Shown in pieces: positions 33,840 through 46,970 of a stretch of 64,000 bases of DNA. The DNA is taken from positions 9,486,001 to 9,550,000 of the forward strand of contig CM060732.1 of the NCBI GenBank assembly GCA_030704615.1. Reading direction: 5' to 3'. This stretch comes from Takakia lepidozioides. Taxonomy: Eukaryota; Plantae; Bryophyta. The stretch's first letter is position 1. Each line of letters begins with the position of its first letter. The position numbers and the translations under genes are program-made. Below the pieces are notes generated by a model. The model did no database searches, had not been told where the DNA came from, and saw nothing but the letters and a program-made list of their open reading frames with translations.

Positions 33840-36114
33840 ATACCACATGTCGAATGTGGGGTCAGACAGTTTGTCCGGTTTGGGGAAGCTCCACATGTCC
33901 CTTGTACTTTGGGAACCATTCCAGATTTGGAGCCACCGGGTCTGTCCAACCACCCAGCATATTCGTAAGCGCCAAACACCACAAAAACGAGTTGTTGCCA
34001 CCACAATTTGGTTAAGAATGTATCACCTTTTCTGTTGCATCCACATAGGATGTGGCTAGACGATGGAGCTTCTCCAATGTCATCGTGGGCTTCAGAGCAC
34101 GGGAGTAGTGCTTCCCCACCTCTACCAGAAAGTCGGCACCAAGGGCGGGATCAGCTATGGCCACGTACTTTACCATCCGCGACTTGTACTTTATACGGGC
34201 CTACGATTCGAGTGTCGGGAGGGTTAGATTCTTCTCCTTTGACTCCATGTAGAACCTCCGCGCATGTGCCAAATCCTGCTGAATTTTCGTCTGTCAAGAA
34301 TGCGCACATAAGATTAGAGATCCTGCTCAACACTTTTTCTTCTATTGGGGGAGGAGAGACACATTAGTTCAACAAAACAGTGAGGAGCTTTATCCGAAAT
34401 ATGTAGTCCACCATGGCATCCATGCTCAGCCTATACCAGGTTCTGTCTGCCTTTGCCTCCGACTTGCGCAGGAGGTCGGCACTGAGCGAATTGGCAAACT
34501 CTTGCACCCCCTGCTTCCCGACATCCTTCACTCGGAAGAGCATATGGGACAAGTTGGTGGCAATAAAGGCATTCTCAGTCACCCTGCAATGCCACATTTC
34601 CATCAAACAATACTGAAATGGGAATTTTCAACAAATATGAGGATTCGCAATGAAATGACTTACAATCGGATGGGTCCAAAAGCAAGAGGCGTTGTAACTT
34701 ACGAGTTGATGTCCGCCATTGCAGCTTTGAGAAGACTGCGATCTTTGGGCCCCGCAACCTTCAGCACAACACATTCCACGGCAAAATGCCAATTGAGGTC
34801 GTTGGGGTGGGCTTCGGCTATGTGCTCCATCCATGCCAGGAGGCGATGATTGCCGTCCCACACGTAAAACATCTTACCAGACAAGTGCTGGAAAAGAGGA
34901 TCAATAGCAATCGTTCTCTCGAACTCCTCATTTCGCCTTTGCCAATGGGGACCCCATTTGTCCACCTCATCGGAAGTGTGGGCACGGGAAGCTCCGTGGT
35001 CATTCTCAATGGAAACGTAAAACGCGGCAGACCCCATTCGATATCCATCCCGGAAAGAGAATTTCAGCTTGTCGATATCGCCTGGGAGGGCAGGTCTCAC
35101 CACCTGCAATGACACCAAGCGGCAAAGGGGAATCCGAAGCTTGGCCGGGTACACCATGCCCCCCAGCACCCTGCCAATGTTGCTGTGGGTTGCCTCCAAC
35201 ATCTTGGCAGCGGCCAACTTCATATCCGCCTCCGACATGACGTCTGCTGCAAAGGAGTTCTCCGGCAGCCCACCAGGACCGCCAAATCCAGCCTGTATGT
35301 TGCGGGTTTGGGGCCTGGGGATGTCCGGGAGGATGTCATCCTGGTCAGAAAGCTCCCTGTCGTCCTCCTCAACATGGTTAGCCACCGGCGAAACCACCTC
35401 GAGCACTCTCCCCGTCTGTACTGCCCTCTCCCCGGCTTCACCTGGCACAATCCGTGCTCTTTCTGGTGTTCTTTCCTCTCCTCCACTCTCCACCGTATGG
35501 GTAATTGCAGGGGCTGCTCTTGCCCGCGATGGTCTAACCGGTGTGTTACTGCCTCTTTGTGGTGTCTTGGAGGGATCCACCGTCTCTGTGCGTCCCTCGC
35601 TTACATTGGCATCTGTCATTTGGGCACCCCTGGCCTCTTCAGTGGCCTTTTCTCTTTCCTCCTGGCTAGCATTCTGTCCCGCCTGTTCTTTTGCCCTCTC
35701 TTTTGCCCTCTCACGGGCTTTCTGTTTCTTACTAGGGCTAGCAGCAGGGGAGCCCTCTAGGACGACCACCTTTGATTGAGGCGAACTGACACCCTCGCGC
35801 GCACTGCTTACTCCCCCCTCCGCAGCTCGTGACGGCTCTCTCGCCGGGGATTGCATGTGCATAGCTTTCTTCTTCTTCTTTGCGTGGGCGGGCCCTACTG
35901 CATGTGCATCAACAACCTCCATTGCCAGATCTGTTGTCCTCACGTCCTCACGCCCTTCACCTGCCATGCCGCCTGCACCAACCTCCCCAATGCCTATTCT
36001 GTCGTACTCTCGCTGCAGGTCCTCCCGTCCACCAACAAAAGGTTTAAGTTTGCCCTCTCGCCCCAAGTTGGGGGATTCAAACATGCGATGAGTTGGAGCT
36101 GTCGATGATACCAC
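33840..36114 (-). CDS. Spliced gene with low-complexity N-terminus and a ParB/Sulfiredoxin-like domain; 3'-truncated
   Basis: 471-aa open exon 34699-36114 with VRP..DIDKL..SF..GY...FYVWDGNHRLLAW (DGNHR at 34843-34857); GT donor after ADINS; further exons near 34590-34400, 34200-34030 and 33970-33845. Confidence 0.7.
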
Positions 36115-37049
36115 CAGCGTGCCGGGCTCGTCGTCACTCTGTCATTCCCAAAAATCGTGAGAACCAACATCGGTGCCAAAACCAGCATCGCAACGAGCAG
36201 CGCAACCACCATAGCAACAATCGTGGAACAACAATGAAAACAAAACAAGTTTAGGAAGTATGGAGTGCCATGGAACAACAATGAAAACAAATCCAACCAA
36301 TGCCTAAGAATGACATGCACAAGCAGCCTTCTCCAAAGCTGCCGGCTTTGCACACGCATTGCAAACTATGTAAGGTTCACTCAACCGGTAATATGAAACA
36401 CGATGAACAAATGATCAGGAATTCCATAAGACGGGAAAACAAGGTGAAATGTTTTGAAGGCATTTCATCTGCTCAGACATTCTTCTCAGCTCAGCATGGA
36501 TTTCCTTAATTTTTAACCACTCAGACCTTGATCATTCTTCGCAACAGCTCCTGCTTTTGCAATGCAACCATATGCTTCCAGCGATGCCAGGATGAAGATG
36601 CAAAAACAAAGCGAAACAACAAAGCGAAAGCAGAAGTGGCTTGCCTGAGAGTACTCGGCTTCAGTTGGCGCGGGTTGTGAGCAAGACACTAGAATCTCCT
36701 GCTGGAGCTTGAGTTTGGCCATGCGAGAGATTGGCCGTCATCCAAAGTACAAAGCTCTCAACTTCCGCCGCGGTCTGGATGTGGGGTCTCTCTTAGGAGA
36801 GCCACGCCCTTCAGGCGGCATAAGTCCCAGCCAAAAAGAAAAAAGATCTCAGTTTTTTGGGGTACATGCCTCGAATAGAAGTTAATCAGAGTTTAGCATC
36901 AGATTTAGGGTACGTATCGAGGAAGCAACCGCGGAATCCCTGTATCGCCAGCCCGAATCAAAACGGACGGAGGTGGACATTTAATGCCCAACTACGCAAT
37001 TAAATGTCGGATGAAGCCCTCCCTGTCGGATGAAATATGACGCAACACG

Positions 37050-38246
37050 GCCCCGAATTTCCAACGTAGAGGTAATTCGGAGCGCGGAAGGATGGGAATC
37101 CGGCGCCGGATTTCCATCCTGCAGGTAATTCGGAGCGCGGATAAATGGAAATCCGGCGCCGGATTTCCATCCGCCAGGTAGGGCGGCGGGCGAAATTTCC
37201 GTCACGCAGGTAATTCTGCGCGCGGATGGATGGAAATCCGGCGCCGGATTTCCATCCGCCAGGTAGGGCGGCGCGCCAAATTTCCGAAACGCAGGTAATT
37301 CTACGCGAGGATGGATGGAAACCCGGATTTCCATCCGCCAGGTAGGGCGGCGCGCCAAATTTTCGTCATGCAGGTAATTCGGAGCGCCGCAGGATGGAAA
37401 TTCGGCGCCGAATTTCCATCCAGCAGGTAACTCGGATCGCTGGCGGATAGAAATTCGGCGCCGAATTTCCATCCGCCAGGTAAGTCTAACCGCCAAATTA
37501 CCATCCTGCAGGTAATTTTGCGCGCGGATGGATGGAAATCCGGCGCCGGATTTCCATCCACCAGGAAGGGCGGCGCGCCAAATTTTCGTCATGCAGGTAA
37601 TTCGGAGCGCCACAGGATGGAAATTCGGCGCCGAATTTCCATCCTGCAGGTAATTTCAAGCGCCTAATTTCCGCCATGCAGGTAATTCGGAGCCCGGATG
37701 GATGGAAATTCGGCGCCGAATTTCCATTCGCCAGGTAAGTCTAAGCGCCGAATGACCATCCTACAGGTAATTCTGAGCGTGGCCGCTTGGTTTTTCGGAG
37801 AAAAACACAGTAAACTGTTAGTTTTGTGGCTGAAGTCCACTTTTAGACACGTTTTTCATGGACTCCTCGACTGCTAGAGGAAAATCGGAACGGCCCCGGA
37901 TGGAAATTCGGCGCCATTTTTCCATCCTGGGAGGTTTTTATATCGTCCAGTTTTCGGCCTCACCACCCGACCGGACTTCCTTTGATGGGGCCCGGATGGA
38001 AATTCGGCGCCGAATTTCCATCCGGGGGATGCTCTCTGTCGGACAGGTGCCGTCCTCTCCGCCCGAGGCGACTTCATCCGGGCGTCCCCTGTTGGATATT
38101 CGGTGCCGAATTTCCGTCCGGGGGTTGAAATGTGACGGCCAGGTGCCGGCCTCTCCCCCCTCCCCGACTGCATCCGAACAGGAAATTCGGCGCCGTTTTT
38201 CCATCCTGGAAGGTTTTTATGTCGACCAGTTTTCGGCCTGACCCCC
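37050..38246. repeat. Array of 30-bp GC-centred palindromes, left part
   Basis: GGATGGAAATTCGGCGCCGAATTTCCATCC (perfect at 37392-37421; 34 bp at 37613-37646) and variants, about 12 copies. Confidence 0.95.
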
Positions 38247-39177
38247 TGTTAGAGGGCTGCTTGGGACTTAGACGCTTTTACGGGATCTGTGGGGTACCCT
38301 TAATTTTTACACAGACTGAGACCAACAGGAGCCTTAGGGGTGACAGCAACAGGCTTTAGGGGGGAGATACACAGCCCGACACAGTCCATCACAGCCCGAC
38401 ACAGCCGTCACAGCCCGTCACAGTCCAACACAGCCAGTCACAGCCCGATACAGCCACCACAGCTTCGCACAGCCCTACACAGCCCGACACAGCCAGTCAC
38501 AGCCCGCCACAGCCTGATACAACCAGTCACAGCTCGGCACAGCTGGGGGACAGTTATCATTGGCAGGGAACAACGGTGGGGAACGACATCTGAAAAAGGA
38601 ACGTGTACTACAGGGATGACGGTTAGTTAGGAAAGCGGTTAGAACAGCTTGTAGGTAGAAAAAGCGAAGAGCGGGGACGTCTAAAAATCACTTCTGGGTG
38701 GAGGACTTCTGACATCAGGGCTTGGAAATAGAGGGGAGAGCACATCTCTGAGTGGAAAGATGAAGAGCACGGAGTAGGAGAAGTGACGATCTGTTGTTAC
38801 TTGATGAATGTAAGCTGTAGAATTGTAATGTAGAGTAGATTAGAGACACCATGGCTTCAGCCTGATACTTGATAGATATTAATTTGATACATACTTCATA
38901 CTCACACTGTGTAGAGAGACCTGAGTGAAGCTGTGGAATGAATGGATGGAACTTGATAGATTTATGAAGCAAACTGATACTTAATTGCAGATAGTAAGGT
39001 AACTCGCTAACATGAATGCGGGAAGGAGTACAAATAGGAAACACCCCCATGATACACTAGCTGTAGGTCATGACTGATTGTTCTGAGCGGGCTGAGTGCT
39101 TAGAGATTTCCAACTCTTCTATCTTGGAGTTCCCACCTCGGATAGCGAAGGGATGGGTGAGTAAAAGCCGCTCGACA
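38247..39177 (+). repeat. 5' LTR of element C (931 bp)
   Basis: TGTTAGAGGG...CTCGACA; near-identical to 50629-51514 except for minisatellite copy number and scattered changes. Confidence 0.97.
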
Positions 39178-39179
39178 TT

Positions 39180-39196
39180 TGGCGACCATACTGGGG
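39180..39196 (+). promoter_or_regulatory. PBS of element C (probably tRNA-Arg type)
   Basis: TGGCGACCATACTGGGG, 2 nt after the LTR; conserved in the copy at 60318-60334 (minus strand). Confidence 0.8.
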
Positions 39197-39788
39197 AACT
39201 GGGTCATGAACAACCAGATGTAACAGACATCTAGTGGGATCATGGTGGATGGAGAATTAAAGAATTTGATGTGAATCAAATTCCCTGTGAAACTGAGAAG
39301 GAAAGATTGTCCAAATGATTCTTTCAGAGGTTCTTGGAATTGCCAGACGGGTGTAAAGAAAACATTTTTAAAAGAGTGCATGATGCTGACCCTGAATGGG
39401 GTCTGGAGAAAGGAGTGATAAAGATTTATCAGCTGGCCTGTAGAGGAAGAGCTTTGGTTACCAACACAAGTTTATGTGATAGCATTGCTATCCATTAAGC
39501 GAGTAGAGTTTGAAGGCTGGGAGGAAAGAAAGGTGAATGTTTATACTCATATGCATGAAGAGCTTGTACTGGTAAAGAATTGGATTCCAAAGGATATTTT
39601 GTGGATCAAACTCACACCAAGAACAGCTTTCCAGACTTGTTTGCCATATGGTTATATGGTAATGAAGACTTCTAGTATAGCCAAGGGTGCCTTGAAGCTT
39701 GAAAGAAACCCAGGCATATACGAGAGATATTACAAAAGAGAGTTTTGGTTATTGCCACATTAAAAGAAATGAAAGACATGGGACATGA

Positions 39789-42138
39789 GTGATGAAAGAG
39801 AAAGCTAGACTCCAGAGATATTCAGCAAAAAGAGAAAGCTCTCTGAAAGCTAATTATCCATATCTTTGGGAGAGAGGAATAGACATAGGGGAATCATCTG
39901 GACCTCTCACACCATTAAGATCAGAGAGTACATCACCCATACCGGAAGAACTAGAGTTGGATGTCACTCCTTCTTTTTCTTTGCAAGAAAGATTAAGGGA
40001 ATTGGTACGGGAAGAAGATCAATCACGAGGTGAAAGATCTGAGGTACATCCCTGGATAAAAGATTTGACAGAAATCTTTGATAAGAGTTGGCATGGAACA
40101 CCAAAAGCAGGAACTCCAGTTTCTGAAGCAGAGGGTGAAGAAGGAGGAGAGGATGTGGCAGAGCCAATGGAGAGTTCAGACTCTCCAACACCATTGCAGT
40201 TGAGTTACATGAGTGAAGAAGAAACCCAAGGGCAGAACTTGGAGGATGAAAATAGAGAGAAGTTGGAAGAGGAAGAGTATGAAGAAGTAGACCCAACAGC
40301 TGAGGTTGAGACTACAACCAGGACATCCCAACCCGTTGGACCTGGATCAAGTGGAGCACTTGGATCACAGGCCAACGAAGGTGTCGGCTCAGGGGGATCA
40401 GGCGGGCTGCCTGGATCTGGCTCTGGGGGACAGAGAGTGTGGGAAGTAGTGCAACTGGAGCTGGGAATACTGTGAATATCGTGGGGCCAGTAGCAGGGAG
40501 TGCTCAGGGGCCACCACTTGGTGGAAGATCCACCACAACTACAATAGGTCCTCAAGGACCAGCACCAGCAAGGGTGTCAGCACCTGTCAGTGGGCAGAAG
40601 GAAGGGCCACAGATGGCGTTACAACCAACACGGGCAAAACCACCTTTTCCAATATATTCAGGAAAAGGGGATCCCGATGTACACATTAGCCAATTTGAGC
40701 ACATGTGTATATGAACAATGAGAATGGCGATGATGCCAAGATGAGATTGTTTCCTTGTTCACTTATCAAGAAAGCAAGTGAATGGTATGCAAGATTCCCT
40801 GATAATCATTTCCTAACCTGGAATGGCTTGAATACAGCATTCCGAAATAGGTTCAGGACAAGTAAAACTGAGGATGAAGTGTATGGAAGTTTACAACAGT
40901 TAAAGCAAAAAAAGCATGAAACTGTTGAGGAGTATATGGAAAAGATGGAATTGATGATGAAAAAGCTGGGTGTTGTACCAGCACCAGGTTTACAGAAGAC
41001 TTGGTTTGTGAGTGGACTACGACTAGAGTTGCAGAAGAAAGTGGATATGTTACCCCATAATACAGTGGAGGAGGCATTTGAAACTGCAAACAGAATTGAG
41101 CAATTGGGAATGCTCAGGAGAGAGAAAAGGGATGATGAGGACTCTGAGGATGAGTCAGATGAAGAAGAAGAGCAAGAACTGAAAAGGAAGAGTAAGAGAA
41201 AGGAGAAGTTGAAGAGGGATAACTATGATAAAAGATTAGAAGAAATCTTGAAGAAGTATGCCACAGAGGCTGCAACACATTGGAGGAAGGGTGTTTGGTG
41301 TGCAAAGTGCCAGAATGAAGGCCATACCACCACTGAATGCCACATGAAGGAGAAATATTGTATCATCTGTAAGATGGATAACCATTCTACTGAGAATTGT
41401 TACTACAACAGAAGGACAGCTGCAAGAGAACCTAGGCAAGTAAAGGTGCATCAAGTGCAGCCCCAGCCAAGAAGAAACAGTGATCAGGACCACTATGGTA
41501 GGCCTGGTGGTTATAACAATGGCATGGAAGGGAGAGGGAATCCAAGAGGGAATTACCAAGGAAATTCCAGAGGCAACTATCAGGGTAATCCAAGGGGGAA
41601 TTACTTGCCAGGGAATCAGGATTACAGAAATAATCCAAGAGCAGACCAAGGGCGAGGACCCAATGGTGAAGAACTGTGTTACTATTGTAATCAGCCAGGA
41701 CATCGCAAGGCAGCCTGTTCATTCTGGATTAGACACCAGAATGAGATGAGAGCTCCTGTGAATGAGGGGCCAGTGGTGGCAGCTCACATGGTTAGGCCAT
41801 GTGTTGTACCAGAGGTAAGTACAATGATAGTAACAAGAAGCAAAGCCAAACTAATACCTCCAGTAGTTGAGGAAGATGATGATAATGAAGATGGTAGTGA
41901 TATGCCTGAAGATGATGAGGCTTGGGGAGATGAGAAGGAACTGCACAAGGAAGTGGCAGATACCATAAGGGAAATGCAGAAGAGTACTGATATTCCTGTG
42001 GTAGATTCCTCTGATTCTGATGGAGAAGAAGAAGTGAGTGAGGACGAAAGGAAGAAAGAAGCTGCAGACATGCAAAGTAATGAAGGGACTTTGGCTGAAG
42101 TGATATGCCAGACCAGAGCAGAGATTACCATTGGATAG
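39789..42138 (+). pseudogene. gag: Gag of element C (frameshifted)
   Basis: YSGKGDPDVHISQF, RLFPCSL..ASEWY, LKQKKHETVEEY; three CCHC knuckles. Confidence 0.92.
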
Positions 42139-42141
42139 CTA

Positions 42142-45100
42142 TTGGCTGTGGCACCTTATTGTAGACACAGGCTGTATCAAGCAATCAATCAAATTGCCCA
42201 GGAGACAGGAAACACAGACCTAAACAGCAAGGTGACCAATTATAATGTGAAGCCGGAAGGGCGAGAAACAGTCATGGACTTTGATGATTCTATGGCAGTA
42301 ATCCAATTGAGAATTGGAAGCACAGAACTAACTGATGTACTGATAGATGGAGGCTCTGGAGTAAATGTCATGACAGACCAATTAAGGAAGAAGCTTGGTC
42401 TAAGTAACATGAAACCAGCCCCATTTACAGTAACAATGGCAGATCAAAGAAGTGTACAGCCATTGGGATTGATAAGAGGAGTTAAGATACAGATACAAAA
42501 GATGATCTTTATGATCACAGTAACTGTGTTGAAGATGGATGAAGTCATGGAGGCTTACTCCTTATTATTGGGACGTCCGTGGTTGAAACAGGCCAGGGTA
42601 TTCCATGACAGGAATTCTCAGTTACTAACTGTGCATAATGGGATGCACGAGATACAAATTACCACTAAGAAATCTAGTAGATTACCTGCTACAAGAAGAC
42701 CTCGAGGGGTCAGAGAGTATGACTGGAGGGGAGGACTGGATGAGGAGCAGGAAGCTACCCTGTTCGATGCACACCCAGAGTGGGAGCAGGTTGCAGAGAT
42801 GCGGCTGGAAGGCCTAAGTTGTTTAAGAAGTATCTGATGTGGTGTAGTGTCAGCAACACCAATTGAAGAGGAAACCAGCAGTTACCCATCACATTTCTAT
42901 GAAGAAAGAGAAGGAGAAATGGAAATCCTAGAGGAACCAGCCACTGTGAGTTTACAGGATGAAGTGGTGACTGGTTGGACAATCACAGCTGATGAGCAGG
43001 TGAGGGAAGTGAATGTGGGAACTAAAGAGGAACTGAGGATGGTGAAGGTAGGAGCTGATTTGGAGCTAAAATTCTTTGAAGAAGCTAAGAGTTTGTTCAT
43101 CAAATACAGAGATGTATTTGCTTGGAGCTACGAGGATCTAAAAGGGATACCACCTGAGATCTGTCAGCATAAGATTGAACTGGAACCAGGATCAGTACCA
43201 ATCAAGCAGGCAAGGTACAAAATGAATCCCAACTATGCACAGAAGGTTGGAGAAGAGATCAAGAAGTTGGCTGAGGCTAGGTTTATATACCCAATAGAGT
43301 ATACAACTTGGTTGTCACCCATTGTGATAGTTCCCAAGAAGAATGGTAAACTGAGAGTTTGTGTGAACTATAAGAAGTTGAATGCTTGCACGAAGAAAGA
43401 TCCATTTCCCTTGCCATTCACAGAAGCAGTATTGGACACTGTGGCAGGCCATGAGATGTACTCATTCATGGATGGCTTCAGTGGTTATAATCAAGTGCAA
43501 GTGGCAGAAGAAGACCAGGGAAAGACAACTTTCATCACAGACTGGGGTGCTTATGCATACAAAGTCATGCCTTTTGGACTTTGTAATGCACCAGCAACCT
43601 TTCAGAGAGTGATAAGTGAATCTTTTCATGAGTATCTGGATGATTTCATGCAGGTGTTCTTGGATGATTTTAGTGTGTACAGCTCTAAGAATGAGCACTT
43701 GCATAAATTGGAGTTATGTCTGGCCAGATGCAGAATGAGAGGTCTGGGCCTGAATCCAGAGAAGTGTACTTTCTGTGTGAACTCAGGGGTGCTTCTGGGA
43801 CACATTGTGTGTAAGAGGGGACTTCTTGTGGATCCCAGGAAGACAGAGGCCATAAAAGCCTCACCACCACCAGTAAATGTTAAGAATCTAAGGAGATTCC
43901 TTGGACAAACCAGTTATTACAGAAGATTTGTCAAAAGGTATGCACAGATAGCAGCACCATTGAGCAAGCTTCTGAAGAAAGATGCAGTGTTTGCATGGAC
44001 AGCTGAATGTCAACAGGCTTTTGAGGAACTTACATTGTCAGTAACAACTACACCTGTGCTGATTAACCCTCACTGGCATGTGGTATTTCATGTTCACTGT
44101 GATGCCTCAGGAGAAGCGTTGGGAGCGGTGTTAGCCGAGAATGTTACAGGAAATATAGATTCACCTGTGTACTATGCTAGCAGGTTGATGAACAGTGCTG
44201 AAAGGAACTATAGCACAACTGAAAGAGAAGCACTGGCAATGATTTATGCAGTCAAGAAATTCAGGCATTACCTATTGGGAAGAAAGTTTATGTTTTATGT
44301 GGATCACCAGGCTCTGATATATCTGGTGAACAAACCTTTGATAAGTGGAAAAATAGCGAGGTGGTTAATAATCTTGCACGAGTTTGAGTTCGAAGTTGTT
44401 TACAAGCCTGGCCATTTGCATCTTGTGGCAGATCATTTGTCACGACTAACAACAGGAGAGGCCGCCACAGGAGTAGACGATCAGTTACCTGATGCGAGTT
44501 TATTTGTAATGGAGGTGCAAGGAAGTGCAGATGAATGGTTAGATTGGCAGTGGCCAATCAAATACTACCTTACTCATGGTCAGTGCCCACCTAGTTATGG
44601 TAAGGAGCAGAGGAAGAGAATCGCTATCAAGGCTTTACCTTATACTATGGTAGGAGGCAGAATGTATAAGCTAGGACCTGATGGAGTACTTAAACGATGC
44701 TTGTACCACCATGAAGTAAATAAAGTTTTGGAGGAAGTTCATAAAGGAGTGGCTGGAGGTCATTTTGGAGAAGATACTACTTGCAGGTTACTGGTGGCCT
44801 ACTTTGTTCAAAGATGTACACAAGTATTGTCAGAGTTGTGATGAATGTCAGAGGCTAGGACCTTTGCAGAGATCTGGGAAGATGGCTTTGCATCCTACAA
44901 TGCCTACTGAACAATTTCAGAAATGGGGACTAGACTTTGTTGGACCAATTAACCCACCAGCCAAGAATACACAGAACAGGTACATAATTACGGCCACTGA
45001 TTATACTACGAAGTGGGTGGAAGCTAAAGCTTTGAGGGACAACACAGCCAAGTCCACAGCAAGGTTCCTGTATGAGAACATACTTACACGATTTGGCTGT

Positions 45101-45800
45101 CCCTTGGAATTTATCAGTGATCAGGGAAGTCACTTCATTAATGAGACCATTGAACTATTGACTAAAGAGTTCATGATTGTGCATAGGAAGAGTACAACGT
45201 ATTACCCACAGGGTAATGGGCAGGCAGAGGCTACCAACAAAATACTATGTACTATCTTGGCTAAGATAGTCAATGCAAACAGAACGGATTGGGATACAAA
45301 GCTGCTGACAGCTTTGTGGTCATACAGGACTTCATATAAAGTCACCACTAAGTATACACCATTCCAATTAGTTTATGGTATGGAAGCTTTACTTCCAGTG
45401 GAATTCCTGTTACCTACCATGAGAACGGAATGGGGAAAGAGAATGGAATTGCAAGATTCAATTAAGGTCAGGAAACATGAATTATACCATGTGGAAGAAG
45501 TACGTGCTGATGCAGCTGATAACATGACCAGAATTCAGATGAAGAGAAAGGAACAGTTTGATGAAGACAAGTTAAAGACTTTTAAGACGGGAGATTTGGT
45601 TCTTTGGTTGCAGAAGAAGGGAAAGATTAAAGCTTCTAAGCTTAAATCACCATGGAAAGGACCTTATGTCATACAGAAGATGTATGATAACAACACCGCC
45701 ATGTTACAAACCATTAACAAAGAGATGCTGGGAAGAGTCAATGCCAATAAGTTGAAGGGGTACAGTGGTATCCATGACAAACCATTGCAGCATGATTTGC
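42142..45800 (+). pseudogene. pol: Pol of element C (PR-RT-RH-IN)
   Basis: LIDGGSGVN; DGFSGYNQ, MPFGLCNAPATFQR, FLDD; HCDAS, EREALA; WGLDFVGP, SDQGSHF, QAEATN, WKGPY; stop at 42835 and frameshift near 44780. Confidence 0.97.
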
Positions 45801-45903
45801 ATGTTGAAACGCAGAAGCAGTCACGGGCTGCGCTAGTGATACCAACGGAGTATGGAGCACTTGTCGCTAGGCCGAGCATATATGACCAGGGCAGGCAGTA
45901 CAA

Positions 45904-46310
45904 GTGCGACACAGCCTATCACAGCTTACCACAATGCGACACAGCCTATCACAGCCCATCACAGTGTGGCACAGCCTATCACAATCTATCACAGCCCATC
46001 AAGGCGCGACACAGCCTATCACAGCCCATCACAGTGTGGCACAGCCTATCACAGCCCATCACGGCGCGACACAGCCTATCACAGCCCATCACAGTGTGGC
46101 ACAGCCTATCACAGCCCGACACGGCGCGGCACAGCCTATCACAGCCCATCACGGCGCGACACAGCCTATCACAGCCCATCACAGCGTGACACAGCCTATC
46201 ACAACCTACCACAGCGTGTCACAGCCTATCACAGCTTACCACAGTGCCACACAGCCTATCACAGTGTACCACAGTATGACACAGCCTGTCACAGCTCAAC
46301 ACAGCCTACT
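45904..46310. repeat. 10-bp CACAGCC minisatellite downstream of integrase
   Basis: ACAGCCTATC/ACAGCCCATC units in exact 10-bp register. Confidence 0.97.
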
Positions 46311-46970
46311 GGGGTTACACAATCCATAGGATCAATGACAGGTGGACGTGGGTTAACATCCGGAGAGTGGCCGGCGGAAAAGTGGACGGAGACACATTTA
46401 GAAATGGACACGTGGACGCCAGGGCGAGACACACAGCCGGACATGGATTGCAAGAACGACTGTCATCAAGGAAGAAGACAAAATTGGCCGTCAAAGTACC
46501 TACCCGGCACATTAACTTATTATGGGCCCATTAATGCATACAGGGAAAGGGTAACGGAACCCTTTAAAAGAACCAAAAAGCGAAATCCATGTCACATGTG
46601 CTATCCTAGTGGACAAGTGGAAAATCCATGGAAGGAAATTAAATTACAAATCAAATCACACAGCCAATAGCCAATCATGAGCCAGAATTACTTGCAGAAG
46701 GTATTTTCCAAGAAGAGAAATCAAGAAATTGGAAGGATTCTGAGCGCAAGAGTCGGCGTCGTTCCAAGTAACGGGCGTCTCGTCAAGAGAGACAATCAAA
46801 GCTATAGCTTTGAAGCTATGGCGGAAATAACAGACTACCCGCTCACCTTACTACTTACGCAAAGTAACAAGGACAGACGAACGGAGAGTACATTTTCTCT
46901 AAATCGCTACTTGCAAGCCCCACAGGCTTACAAGCACTTACCCATTTCATTCTGCGCCAACCATACTTTT

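Noticed and set aside
37050-38246. CRISPR array (30-bp palindromic repeats, regular spacing)
   Set aside because: Spacers are repetitive rather than unique, there are no cas genes, and the context is eukaryotic.
36981-38359. MEIRRRISI/GWKFGAEFPS repeat proteins (also 51434-52393)
   Set aside because: The same peptides appear on both strands because the DNA is palindromic; translation artefact.
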